Below, piece after piece: positions 1 through 8,202 of a stretch of DNA of 64,000 nt (the stretch's first letter is position 1; each line of letters opens with the position of its first letter). The translations under genes and the position numbers were made by a program. The notes beneath the pieces were generated by a model, which was not told the DNA's origin, searched no databases, and was given only the letters and a program-made list of their open reading frames with translations. Origin of the DNA: Ignavibacteriota bacterium. Its GTDB lineage: Bacteria; Bacteroidota; Ignavibacteria; Palsa-1295. The stretch lies in the NCBI GenBank assembly GCA_003151825.1, contig PLYO01000026.1, positions 21,704 through 85,703 on the forward strand, written 5' to 3'.

Positions 1-387
1 GAAACGAGCCAAAACCCCGAAGGGGTGCCGTACCAATAGCCCAGGGTGAAGCGAAGCGGAACCCTGGGTACGATTGCGATTGAAAAAATATTAGCCCTGA
101 AAGGGCGATGTTTGCCGCCGGGGATTTACTCCGTACTTTCAGGACTATGGGAACCTAAAACGAACGCGAACCCAGCATTCCGCTCGCATCGTGGGCGATG
201 CTTGCTCCATGCTGGGCTGCGGGTACTCCGTCGCGCCGCGACTAAAATGTAATCGGATAGAGGCGACGGCGCATTGTGTACCCGCAAAAAAATAGTTCAT
301 CCGCCGCGGCGGACCATGCAACGCGCGATGTGGACGGCACAATCCGCTTGGGCGGGAAGAAGACGAACGAGGAAAGCACCGTTAGGT

Positions 388-514
388 GCGGCCCGTTTGT
401 AGAAGAGATTGTTTTTTTGGGACGAACAAGCTCCGTGAGGAGCGGCCAGTGAAAAGGCCGCTCCTCACGGAGCTTGGGATTTTAATTAGATAACGATTTC
501 TACAAACGGGCCAC
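388..514. repeat. MITE-like nested palindromic element, short copy: terminal inverted repeats flanking a perfect 20-bp-stem hairpin at 428-475
   Basis: The left arm GCGGCCCGTTTGTAGAAG (388-405) is the reverse complement of the right arm TTTCTACAAACGGGCCAC (497-514), with a 15-nt identical core. The internal hairpin is AAGCTCCGTGAGGAGCGGCC-agtgaaaa-GGCCGCTCCTCACGGAGCTT. A longer copy with the same ends and hairpin lies at 11850-12355. Confidence 0.6.
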
Positions 515-859
515 GGCTACCCCGTTGTCAGGCAGAAAAATCCCGAAAGCTTGTCCTGAGCCTGTCGAAGGGATGCCGTTGGTGCGGGGGGGAGTTTAAA
601 GTTCATGAACTGTGGCGTTTTTGAGCCGCTTTCGCCATTTGTGCCGCCAGAATTCATACTAAAACTTCTATATGAAAACTAATGCGCCGGAAATTGTCAA
701 TGAACAAGGACACGAACACTATTCTTATAGACACTGGTGCTCATCAAAGTACTTCCTAATATACGACACTTTTTCCGAGACGTCACGAAATCCGAAAAAA
801 GGGACACTTTCCTTCCTCAAATGCGTTTCATTATGGAAATTACGAAATTAGACTGATCC

Positions 860-2056
860 TTGTCAAAAGCAACTCCGCTATATATCGATTTATTCGCTGG
901 CTGCGGAGGGCTCTCGCTCGGCTTTTACAATAGCAACAAATGGCGGGGACTTCTCGCCATTGAAAAAAGTCCTCTCGCCTTCGAAACGTTTCAGTTTAAT
1001 CTTCTTGACAGAAAGCGCCACTTCGCATGGCCAGCTTGGTTCCCGAAACAAGCGAGCGATATTCGCACGGTTTTACGAGATCACAAAAACGAGCTTGCCG
1101 AACTTCGAGGAAAGATAGATCTCGTGACTGGTGGACCACCATGTCAAGGATTCTCGATGGCTGGGAAGAGGTTAATGACCGATAAAAGGAACAACTTAGT
1201 CCGGGATTATCTACGATTTGTTGAAATAGTTAAGCCTCGGCTAATTTTCTTCGAAAATGTTAAGGGTTTTACCATCCCGTTCGAGTCAGATAAAAAAAGT
1301 CCATCAAATTCCGTAATAAGCAGGCTTCGTGTTCTCGGTTACAATGTTGATTGGCGACTGATTGATTTTTCAGAATTTGGAATTCCTCAACGACGCCATC
1401 GGTTTATACTTGTGGGAACGCTAAATGGAAACGCTTCTAGTTTTTTTGAACAGATCGAAAAAAGAAAAAAAAGATTCTTGGGAGCTAAACGACTACCCAC
1501 TAATGCTTCAACAATTGATGGAATTGGGGATTTAGCGAGGCAGCATGGAGTTGTTGAACCGGAAAAACCCGCAAAATTTGCCTATGGGAACTATGGTGCA
1601 ATTACATCGAGGTATCAGAAGTATCTAAGCGAGAAAGTTGACCGCTCAATACGTCCCGATAGCCATCGATTTGCGAATCATACTGCCGAGAAAGAAGCAG
1701 TTATGAAGCTATTGCTTGCAACTTCTCGTAGGGGCAAGAAGGTTACCGAGGAAATCAGAGAGAAGTTTAAGATGAAGAAGCACAGCGTAACTATTCTCGA
1801 TCCTCATGATAAAGCACCAACTTTGACGACACTCCCCGACGATTGCTTGCATTACTCCGAACCTCGAATATTGACGGTAAGGGAATATGCAAGGCTTCAA
1901 AGTTTCCCCGACTGGTTCGAATTCAAGGGGAAGTACACTACAGGTGGGATACTTCGGAAAAAAGAAACTCCGCGATACACGCAAGTGGGGAATGCTATCC
2001 CACCGTTATTTGCTGAATTGGCTGGACGGGTCTTGTTTGAAATGAGCAATGAGTAA
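860..2056 (+). CDS. dcm: DNA (cytosine-5)-methyltransferase
   Basis: 398-aa ORF with a TTG start. All C5-MTase motifs are visible: I DLFAGCGGLSLGF, IV GGPPCQGFS, VI FFENV, VIII QRRHRFILVG, IX REYARLQSFPDWFEF, X QVGNAIPP. The stop overlaps the next start by 8 nt. Confidence 0.93.
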   Translation: MSKATPLYIDLFAGCGGLSLGFYNSNKWRGLLAIEKSPLAFETFQFNLLDRKRHFAWPAWFPKQASDIRTVLRDHKNELAELRGKIDLVTGGPPCQGFSMAGKRLMTDKRNNLVRDYLRFVEIVKPRLIFFENVKGFTIPFESDKKSPSNSVISRLRVLGYNVDWRLIDFSEFGIPQRRHRFILVGTLNGNASSFFEQIEKRKKRFLGAKRLPTNASTIDGIGDLARQHGVVEPEKPAKFAYGNYGAITSRYQKYLSEKVDRSIRPDSHRFANHTAEKEAVMKLLLATSRRGKKVTEEIREKFKMKKHSVTILDPHDKAPTLTTLPDDCLHYSEPRILTVREYARLQSFPDWFEFKGKYTTGGILRKKETPRYTQVGNAIPPLFAELAGRVLFEMSNE

Positions 2057-4328
2057 TAAGCTTAATTTTAAGGTAAGCTCAGGGCTAAAGGACATTATTG
2101 GCCGCGAGCTTATCACCGACGATTTTATTGCGATCTTTGAACTCGTTAAAAACGGGTTCGATGCTGGTGCCCGCAATGTGACCATTACCTTCAATGAAAT
2201 TTATGGAGAAAAGTCATCAATCGTGATTGAGGACGATGGAAAAGGAATGAGTTACGATGACTTGAAGGATAAATGGCTCTTTGTAGCGTACTCCGCTAAA
2301 CGAGAGGGAACTGAAGGGAATGAAGACAAGAATGATTACCGAAGCAATTTACGACCCGTCCGCGCATTTGCGGGCGCGAAGGGAATTGGGCGATTTTCAT
2401 GTGACCGGCTTGGGAAAGCTTTGATCCTAACTACGAAACGCCCTGGAAACGAGGCAACAACTGAGCGTATTCAGGTGGACTGGACCGATTTTGAAGGTCA
2501 TGCTCGGACGCTATTTGGGAATGTGCCGGTGACAAGAGTTGTGGTTCCTAAATCTTCACTTTCATATTCCCACGGGACCAAACTTGAAATTACTAATTTA
2601 AGGAGCAAATGGGAACGATCAAAATTACTCCGCCTAAAACGCTCACTTGAGAAGTTAATTAATCCGGTTGAAACTAACGATGATAAAAGTTTCTCCGTTA
2701 AGATTATCGCAAACGACGAATTAGAAGCAGATAAAAAACTTGGAAAAGATAATCCTGATAGAATAAATGGAATAATAAAGAATACAGTATTTGAGCGGCT
2801 AAAAATAAAGACCACAGAGATACACGTTGTAGTCTCTGAAGATGGCAGCACGGTTACCACTACACTAAGGGATCGAGGTGAAAAAATTTACTCGGTTACC
2901 GAGGTTAACACTTATAAAGTCCGCAACATTTCCATTTCACTTTTCAATCTCGATCCTCAGGCGAAGATGAATTTTACTCGTCTGATGGGAATAGAACCAG
3001 TGAATTTTGGCTCAGTCGTCATGTATAAGAATGGATTTAGGATTTATCCATTTGGGGAGAAGGGCGATGATTCATTCGGCCTAGACACACGCAAAGGACA
3101 AGGGTATGCCCGTTTTCTTGGGACGCGTGATCTAATTGGGAGGATTGAAATTCATGGCATAAATGAAAACCTGAAGGAGACATCGAGCCGCGTTGGAGGC
3201 CTTATCCGTAATGAGAGTTACGATGCTCTAATCGAACTCTTTTATGAGAAAGCTCTTCGTAGGTTGGAAAAGTATGTGGTCGATGTGATTCGATGGGGAG
3301 CAGAGTTAGAGGATCCAATTACAGGTGAGCGAAGAGAGATTCGACCATCGGACGTTAGGGAAGATATACTAAAAGTCTATGCGGGCCTAACATCGTCCAA
3401 AGATGTCATTGACTATGATTTCGCATTTGGTGTCGCCGAAAGTCGGCAAGAGAAAAGCTTAAGCAAGCTATTAAAAAATATTTCGAGAATCGCGGAAGAA
3501 AGCAATAATCCCAATTTTTCACGAGACGCACGCACAATTGCTAAACGTGTAGGAGAATTGCAGGTCGAAACATCCGCAAAAGGAAAGGCTCTTGCTAAAG
3601 CTGAGGATGAACTTCAACGGACAGTCGGTGAGAACTTATTCCTTCGTTCAGTTACAACAACTGACATAAAGGAAGTCCTCGGAATGCAACATCAGATAGG
3701 GCACTCTACCCAACGAATTGAGGATGAGCTCACAACACTAAGAGAATCCGTCGATAAAGGGATAGATGGTAAACGCCTTAAGTCTCACCTAGAAATTATT
3801 GCGCTTGAAAATAAGAAAATAGCTACTATAGCTCACTTCGTTACAAAAGCTAATTTCAACCTCAATTCCGTCTCTATTACTCAGGATTTGGTTTCATTTA
3901 TTATTCAATACGTAGAAAATGTTTATAAGGACTATCCTCACTTGAAAGTTAATCGAAAGTTACCAACGATTATCATTACTCAAAATGGTAGCCCAACATT
4001 CCGTCTAAAGTTTAGTCCTTTAGAAATCGTCATCATAATCGATAACCTATTGAGCAATGCTCAAAAGGCTGGTGCGCGCATGGTAAACATGGAAATTTCC
4101 GTGGGGAAAGGTGAATTCACGCTTCTTGTTTCAGATAATGGCAAAGGTATCCCGGAAGACAAACTTGATAAAATTTTTGACTTTGGGTATACAACTACAA
4201 ACGGTTCTGGCATCGGCCTTTATCATGTAAAGCAATTGGTTTCTAAGCTTCATGGGAGAGTGAAAGTATCATCCGACCCTTCAGGGACAAAATTCTTAAT
4301 CACCTTGAAAAATGACTCTACAGTATAA
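2049..4328 (+). CDS. Soluble dual-GHKL protein: N-terminal MORC/HATPase_c_3-like ATPase fused to a C-terminal histidine-kinase catalytic core
   Basis: 759-aa ORF. The N-terminal Bergerat fold shows N-box FELVKNGFDAGA, G1 IEDDGKGM and G2 GAKGIGRFS. The C-terminal histidine-kinase ATPase shows N-box DNLLSNAQKAGA, G1 SDNGKGI, F-box IFDFGYTT and G2 GSGIGL. It is preceded by a coiled-coil-like stretch and a His-bearing helix, GMQHQIGHSTQRIEDEL. No transmembrane segment is seen. Confidence 0.8.
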   Translation: MSNKLNFKVSSGLKDIIGRELITDDFIAIFELVKNGFDAGARNVTITFNEIYGEKSSIVIEDDGKGMSYDDLKDKWLFVAYSAKREGTEGNEDKNDYRSNLRPVRAFAGAKGIGRFSCDRLGKALILTTKRPGNEATTERIQVDWTDFEGHARTLFGNVPVTRVVVPKSSLSYSHGTKLEITNLRSKWERSKLLRLKRSLEKLINPVETNDDKSFSVKIIANDELEADKKLGKDNPDRINGIIKNTVFERLKIKTTEIHVVVSEDGSTVTTTLRDRGEKIYSVTEVNTYKVRNISISLFNLDPQAKMNFTRLMGIEPVNFGSVVMYKNGFRIYPFGEKGDDSFGLDTRKGQGYARFLGTRDLIGRIEIHGINENLKETSSRVGGLIRNESYDALIELFYEKALRRLEKYVVDVIRWGAELEDPITGERREIRPSDVREDILKVYAGLTSSKDVIDYDFAFGVAESRQEKSLSKLLKNISRIAEESNNPNFSRDARTIAKRVGELQVETSAKGKALAKAEDELQRTVGENLFLRSVTTTDIKEVLGMQHQIGHSTQRIEDELTTLRESVDKGIDGKRLKSHLEIIALENKKIATIAHFVTKANFNLNSVSITQDLVSFIIQYVENVYKDYPHLKVNRKLPTIIITQNGSPTFRLKFSPLEIVIIIDNLLSNAQKAGARMVNMEISVGKGEFTLLVSDNGKGIPEDKLDKIFDFGYTTTNGSGIGLYHVKQLVSKLHGRVKVSSDPSGTKFLITLKNDSTV

Positions 4329-5310
4329 TATCCTTTGGTTCGAAGACGACGAGGCAGTAATCAGCGCATTGTCCCCCCAAATTAGGGATCATGTCACTGG
4401 TTTAGGATTCGAATTCAATTTCGAAAAATACGACGATGATACATCATTGGAAGAAAGGGTTTCCAAACGTGATTACGATCTAATTTTGACAGACCTCAAC
4501 CTTCACGACGGCGCTCTCGGCGACACACTAATTAAGAAAATCCGGGAAGCTGATATTCTTACGGAAGTCCTTCTTTATTCATCGAACGGTGATGCAATAG
4601 AGAAGGCGCATCGCCGGAATGCAATGATTGAAAGAATATCATGGGCTGTCGGTTCCGGAAATGACTTGCTGGAAAAAATAAAGGGTATTATTTCACTCAC
4701 GGTTCGCAAGGTTCAGGATCTTAATAATATGAGAGGCCTTGTTGTAGCTGAGGCTATTAGCCTTGAAGCACAAATAAAAGACATTCTCGTTGACTACTTC
4801 TCAGCAATACCTGCCGGGGATCCTGACACCGAGAAAGTTATGGAAAGGATTTATAAATACAGGGTTGAATCCGCTGAAAAAACCCTCAAAAGGTTAGTTG
4901 AGAAGTTTAATGCGAAAATGCTGGTTGCCTTAATCGAGGATGACGCCCTCTTTACTGCTAACAATGTAATCGAAAGCATAGAAAGCATACTCAATGATAA
5001 ATCCAAAATTTTGAATGTAAGAATTAGTCGAGAATCTAATCCTGATGCTAAGAAAAGCTTAGAAGAATCTAAGGAGAAGATACAGGAACTCCAAAATAAT
5101 TTAAAGCTATTCAAGGATGAAATAATTGAAATTCGAAATACTTTAGCACACGTTAAAGAGGAGGTTCTTGAAGACGGTAGCACCGTGTTACAGAGTAGGA
5201 GGAAGGGGGCAACCCCGATTTTAGTGAATGATGAAACATATGTGAAAATGCGAACTGATATAGCAAAACATAAAAAGAATCTCGCCATAATTGCAGAGCA
5301 TCTTTCATGA
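4312..5310 (+). CDS. Receiver (REC)-like domain protein with a helical C-terminal HEPN-like domain (putative RNase effector)
   Basis: 332-aa ORF whose start overlaps the upstream stop by 17 nt. The N-terminus is CheY-like: NILWFEDDE supplies the acidic pair and DLILTDLNL supplies a candidate phospho-acceptor D61 (nt 4492-4494). The C-terminal ~200 aa are helical and contain IEIRNTLAHV (R275-x4-H280, nt 5134-5151), which matches the HEPN Rx4-6H signature. Confidence 0.7.
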   Translation: MTLQYNILWFEDDEAVISALSPQIRDHVTGLGFEFNFEKYDDDTSLEERVSKRDYDLILTDLNLHDGALGDTLIKKIREADILTEVLLYSSNGDAIEKAHRRNAMIERISWAVGSGNDLLEKIKGIISLTVRKVQDLNNMRGLVVAEAISLEAQIKDILVDYFSAIPAGDPDTEKVMERIYKYRVESAEKTLKRLVEKFNAKMLVALIEDDALFTANNVIESIESILNDKSKILNVRISRESNPDAKKSLEESKEKIQELQNNLKLFKDEIIEIRNTLAHVKEEVLEDGSTVLQSRRKGATPILVNDETYVKMRTDIAKHKKNLAIIAEHLS

Positions 5311-5355
5311 TTTCATGATCAAACTTGATTCCGCTTGACCATCCTTTAATAGAGA

Positions 5356-5378
5356 GGCGGGAACTCCCGCCTTTTATT
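5356..5378 (+). terminator. Rho-independent terminator closing the three-gene operon
   Basis: GGCGGGA-ac-TCCCGCC stem followed by TTTTATT, 46 nt after the stop at 5310. Confidence 0.7.
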
Positions 5379-5587
5379 AACGTCTTGCGTACCCTACATC
5401 AATTCTCGCCCCTCTTCTTCCATGAGCTTGTTGACCTAATGGCGCTGTTCCCATTCTTGGACGATGTGCCACACCGGCTTCGCATACGCGCTATCCCCAG
5501 CGCGCCGCGGCCTCCGCTGTTTGCGGAAGAATCGCGCGAAATAGCGGTTATTCTTTTCACCTATTGTGTGTTTAATCGCGCCAGAAT

Positions 5588-7477
5588 ATGAAGCTGCCTG
5601 CTATTATCGTCCTGAATCTCGGCCTTATTGGCCTGTTCTACTATCTTTCGAAGAAAAAGAACCTGCTCTCGTTTTTGGATGGCGGGAAATGGTGGCTGAC
5701 GTACCTTGCCATCGCCATCATTACGCTGATGGACGAGCTGACGAGCGTGTTTTATGTCGCGGCGGAGTCCTATTTGCTTGTCGGCATCGCGGCGTTTGTG
5801 TTTATCATTGCGACCTCGCTTTTTATCCGGTTTCTATCGAGCCGGATGGTGGAAATCGCGCATATTCTGGAGCATCACGGCGTGCGCGGCGGCGGAGTTT
5901 ATAGTTTCAGCTATCTGGTGCTCGGCCCGACGATTTCGTTCGCGGCGGTGGCTTCGATCCTCGTCGATTATATATTGACGGCGGCGATTTCGACGGTCTC
6001 GGCGGTGTATAATGGCAGTTCGTTTTTCTCGATCTCACCCATTCTCATCTACGCGATGTTTTTTGGATCGATCTGGGCGGTTGCGATGCTCAACATTATC
6101 GGCATCCGCGAAAATGCGCGGTTCACCTACATCATCTTCGTCGCAGCCGCAATGATTTTGCTGACGCTGATTCTTTCGGCGGTGATGGATCCCAGCCCCG
6201 GCCAATGGGCGCGCGCGACGGAGGGATTTCATCAAACCTTCACGGGACTCATCGGGCATGGTTTTGTCGGCGGGATCAACTTTTTTATTTTTGGATTCGC
6301 GGGCGTAATTCTTGCGTATTCCGGGATCGAGAGCGTGCTGCAAACGGCCGGGCTTGCCAAAAGCTGGCGGGATATTCGGAAGGCGTATATTTTTCTCGCG
6401 GTAACGGTTGGCATTGTGACGCCGCTTATCACCGCGCTCGTGCTGACGCGCACGGATATTAATATTGCCGCGCACGAAGACGATCTTATCACGTATTTTG
6501 CCGGCGTGGTCAATGGCCGCTTCTTCGCATACTTGGTTGGAGGTCTCGCAAGTTTTACGCTCATTATGGCGGTGAATACCGCATTCGTTGCATCGAGCGA
6601 ACTATTGGAGCGCGTCGCGCACCGCTATGGATTTCACTGGCTGATAAAAACAAACAAGGCCGATTCGCTCTACCGCATTCACATTATCAATGCGACGCTC
6701 TTCAGCGTCGTGATTGCAATCACGGCGGGCAGTCAGGAGATGCTTGCGCACATGTATGCCGTCGGCCTTGTGGCGAGTTTTACGATCAACATGGGCGCGC
6801 TTGTCTATTATCGCTATTCTCGCGGCAGCGAGGAAATTCCGGATTACCACACCTCGCGGACGGGAACGTTTATCATCTTCTTACTGCTGCTCGCGTGTTT
6901 CGGTTTTATCGCGTATCATAAGTGGCAGGGATTCTTGCTTTGGGCGATCGTGGTCACGATTTTTCAGATCATCGGCTTCCGCGTGGCGAAACGGCGCGCG
7001 CCGGAAATCGAGCAATTCCGGAAAACGGATAGCCCGATGGATCTTATCTTCCGCATTGCGGAATCGGAAGAGACTGAGGGCTTCCACATTTATTTCCGTA
7101 GTCCGAAGGATGTTACTCCGATTTCCGACGATCCGAACGTTGCGTATGTTACATTTTTTTCGCCGCGTTCCGGTTCCCCGCCGAAGCTCGGCAAGAACCA
7201 TTTTCTCCTGACTATTTTCAGGGAATCGGTGGCGCGGCGGTTGCTCTCGCTCATTTATATGCTGCAATACGATTTCGCCGACCGCAATATCGTCTTTCAT
7301 CTCGGCTGGCCCACGTCGAGCTGGCTCGACCGCTTTTCGACGGGCGTGATGGTCTTCTCGCTCATGCGGCTGCCACGGCGGTTCCCGGCCTATAGTTTCG
7401 TAATGGAATATGAAGGCTCCGAAAAACGGGCAGGCATCGCCGGCGATGCGGAGGAGGCGTTACATGCCGATTCGTGA
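5588..7477 (+). CDS. Polytopic membrane transporter, APC-superfamily-like, with a cytoplasmic C-terminal domain
   Basis: 629-aa ORF with about 12 hydrophobic helices followed by a ~170-aa soluble tail. The family call rests only on overall resemblance to amino-acid/polyamine permeases. Confidence 0.55.
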   Translation: MKLPAIIVLNLGLIGLFYYLSKKKNLLSFLDGGKWWLTYLAIAIITLMDELTSVFYVAAESYLLVGIAAFVFIIATSLFIRFLSSRMVEIAHILEHHGVRGGGVYSFSYLVLGPTISFAAVASILVDYILTAAISTVSAVYNGSSFFSISPILIYAMFFGSIWAVAMLNIIGIRENARFTYIIFVAAAMILLTLILSAVMDPSPGQWARATEGFHQTFTGLIGHGFVGGINFFIFGFAGVILAYSGIESVLQTAGLAKSWRDIRKAYIFLAVTVGIVTPLITALVLTRTDINIAAHEDDLITYFAGVVNGRFFAYLVGGLASFTLIMAVNTAFVASSELLERVAHRYGFHWLIKTNKADSLYRIHIINATLFSVVIAITAGSQEMLAHMYAVGLVASFTINMGALVYYRYSRGSEEIPDYHTSRTGTFIIFLLLLACFGFIAYHKWQGFLLWAIVVTIFQIIGFRVAKRRAPEIEQFRKTDSPMDLIFRIAESEETEGFHIYFRSPKDVTPISDDPNVAYVTFFSPRSGSPPKLGKNHFLLTIFRESVARRLLSLIYMLQYDFADRNIVFHLGWPTSSWLDRFSTGVMVFSLMRLPRRFPAYSFVMEYEGSEKRAGIAGDAEEALHADS

Positions 7478-8165
7478 TGTGGCGGCCATATTAGTCGCCG
7501 GAGGGTCTTCGACGAGATTTGGAAGCTCATCGTCGGCGATGAGTCGAAAACAGTTCGAGACAATCGGCGAATTGCCGATGTATCAATTAGTGGCGCGGAC
7601 GTTTTCGCGCGTCGAGCCGGTGCATACCATTGTCCTCGTTGGCCGCGCTGAGGACCTATCGGAAATGGAGCAAGGACTTCGAGCTATGAATCTGCCGGTG
7701 AAATGGAAAGTCGTCACAGGAGGGGAAACGCGGCAGGATTCGGTTGCGAACGGACTTCGCGCGATACGCGGCGAGCGCGAAATAAAAATCGGAATTGTGC
7801 ATGACGTGGCGCGCGCGCTTGTCGATCAGGCGCTCATTCTTTCTGTGATTCAAGCGATTCGCGAGCATGGCTCCGCCGTGGCATGTTTGGAAATTGTCGA
7901 TACGATCAAGCGCGCTGAGGGTCGCGAAATTATGGAGACCGTCCCTCGCGAAAACCTTTGGCGCGCGCAAACGCCGCAGGGCGCGAGGATTGAGCTTCTT
8001 CGCACTGCTTATGAATCGGCGCGCGAAGCGAATTTTCATGGCACGGATGAATCGCAGCTTCTGGAACGCATCGGCGAGCACCCTCGCCTCGTGACGGGTA
8101 GCGAGATGAATTTCAAGATTACGTATCCGAGCGATCTCGAACGGGCGCGTTTGGGTAGAGGATAA
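7464..8165 (+). CDS. ispD: 2-C-methyl-D-erythritol 4-phosphate cytidylyltransferase
   Basis: AAILVAGGSSTRFG P-loop-like motif, VHDVARAL and DTIKR motifs. An in-frame ATG at 7464 gives MPIRDVAAILVAGG. The upstream part of ORF 7410-8165 overlaps the transporter. Confidence 0.88.
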   Translation: MPIRDVAAILVAGGSSTRFGSSSSAMSRKQFETIGELPMYQLVARTFSRVEPVHTIVLVGRAEDLSEMEQGLRAMNLPVKWKVVTGGETRQDSVANGLRAIRGEREIKIGIVHDVARALVDQALILSVIQAIREHGSAVACLEIVDTIKRAEGREIMETVPRENLWRAQTPQGARIELLRTAYESAREANFHGTDESQLLERIGEHPRLVTGSEMNFKITYPSDLERARLGRG

Positions 8166-8202
8166 CGGGTACTTCGCCGCTTCGTGGCTAAGTGTCTTTT
8201 CC

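Noticed and set aside
340-400. Possible RNase P-like GAGGAAAG box (cgaggaaagcacc)
   Set aside because: There is only a short chance match. The surrounding sequence lacks the other universally conserved RNase P, tmRNA or SRP elements I could look for by eye.
860-5310. Reading the cassette as a classical Type II restriction-modification system
   Set aside because: No PD-(D/E)XK, HNH, GIY-YIG or other endonuclease motif is visible in any of the three proteins or in flanking ORFs. The partners are a GHKL/HK fusion and a REC protein instead.
5325-5978. Short ORFs (88, 112 and 74 aa) around the island-to-transporter junction
   Set aside because: They overlap the terminator and promoter region or the start of the transporter gene in other frames. 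No motifs or start context support them.
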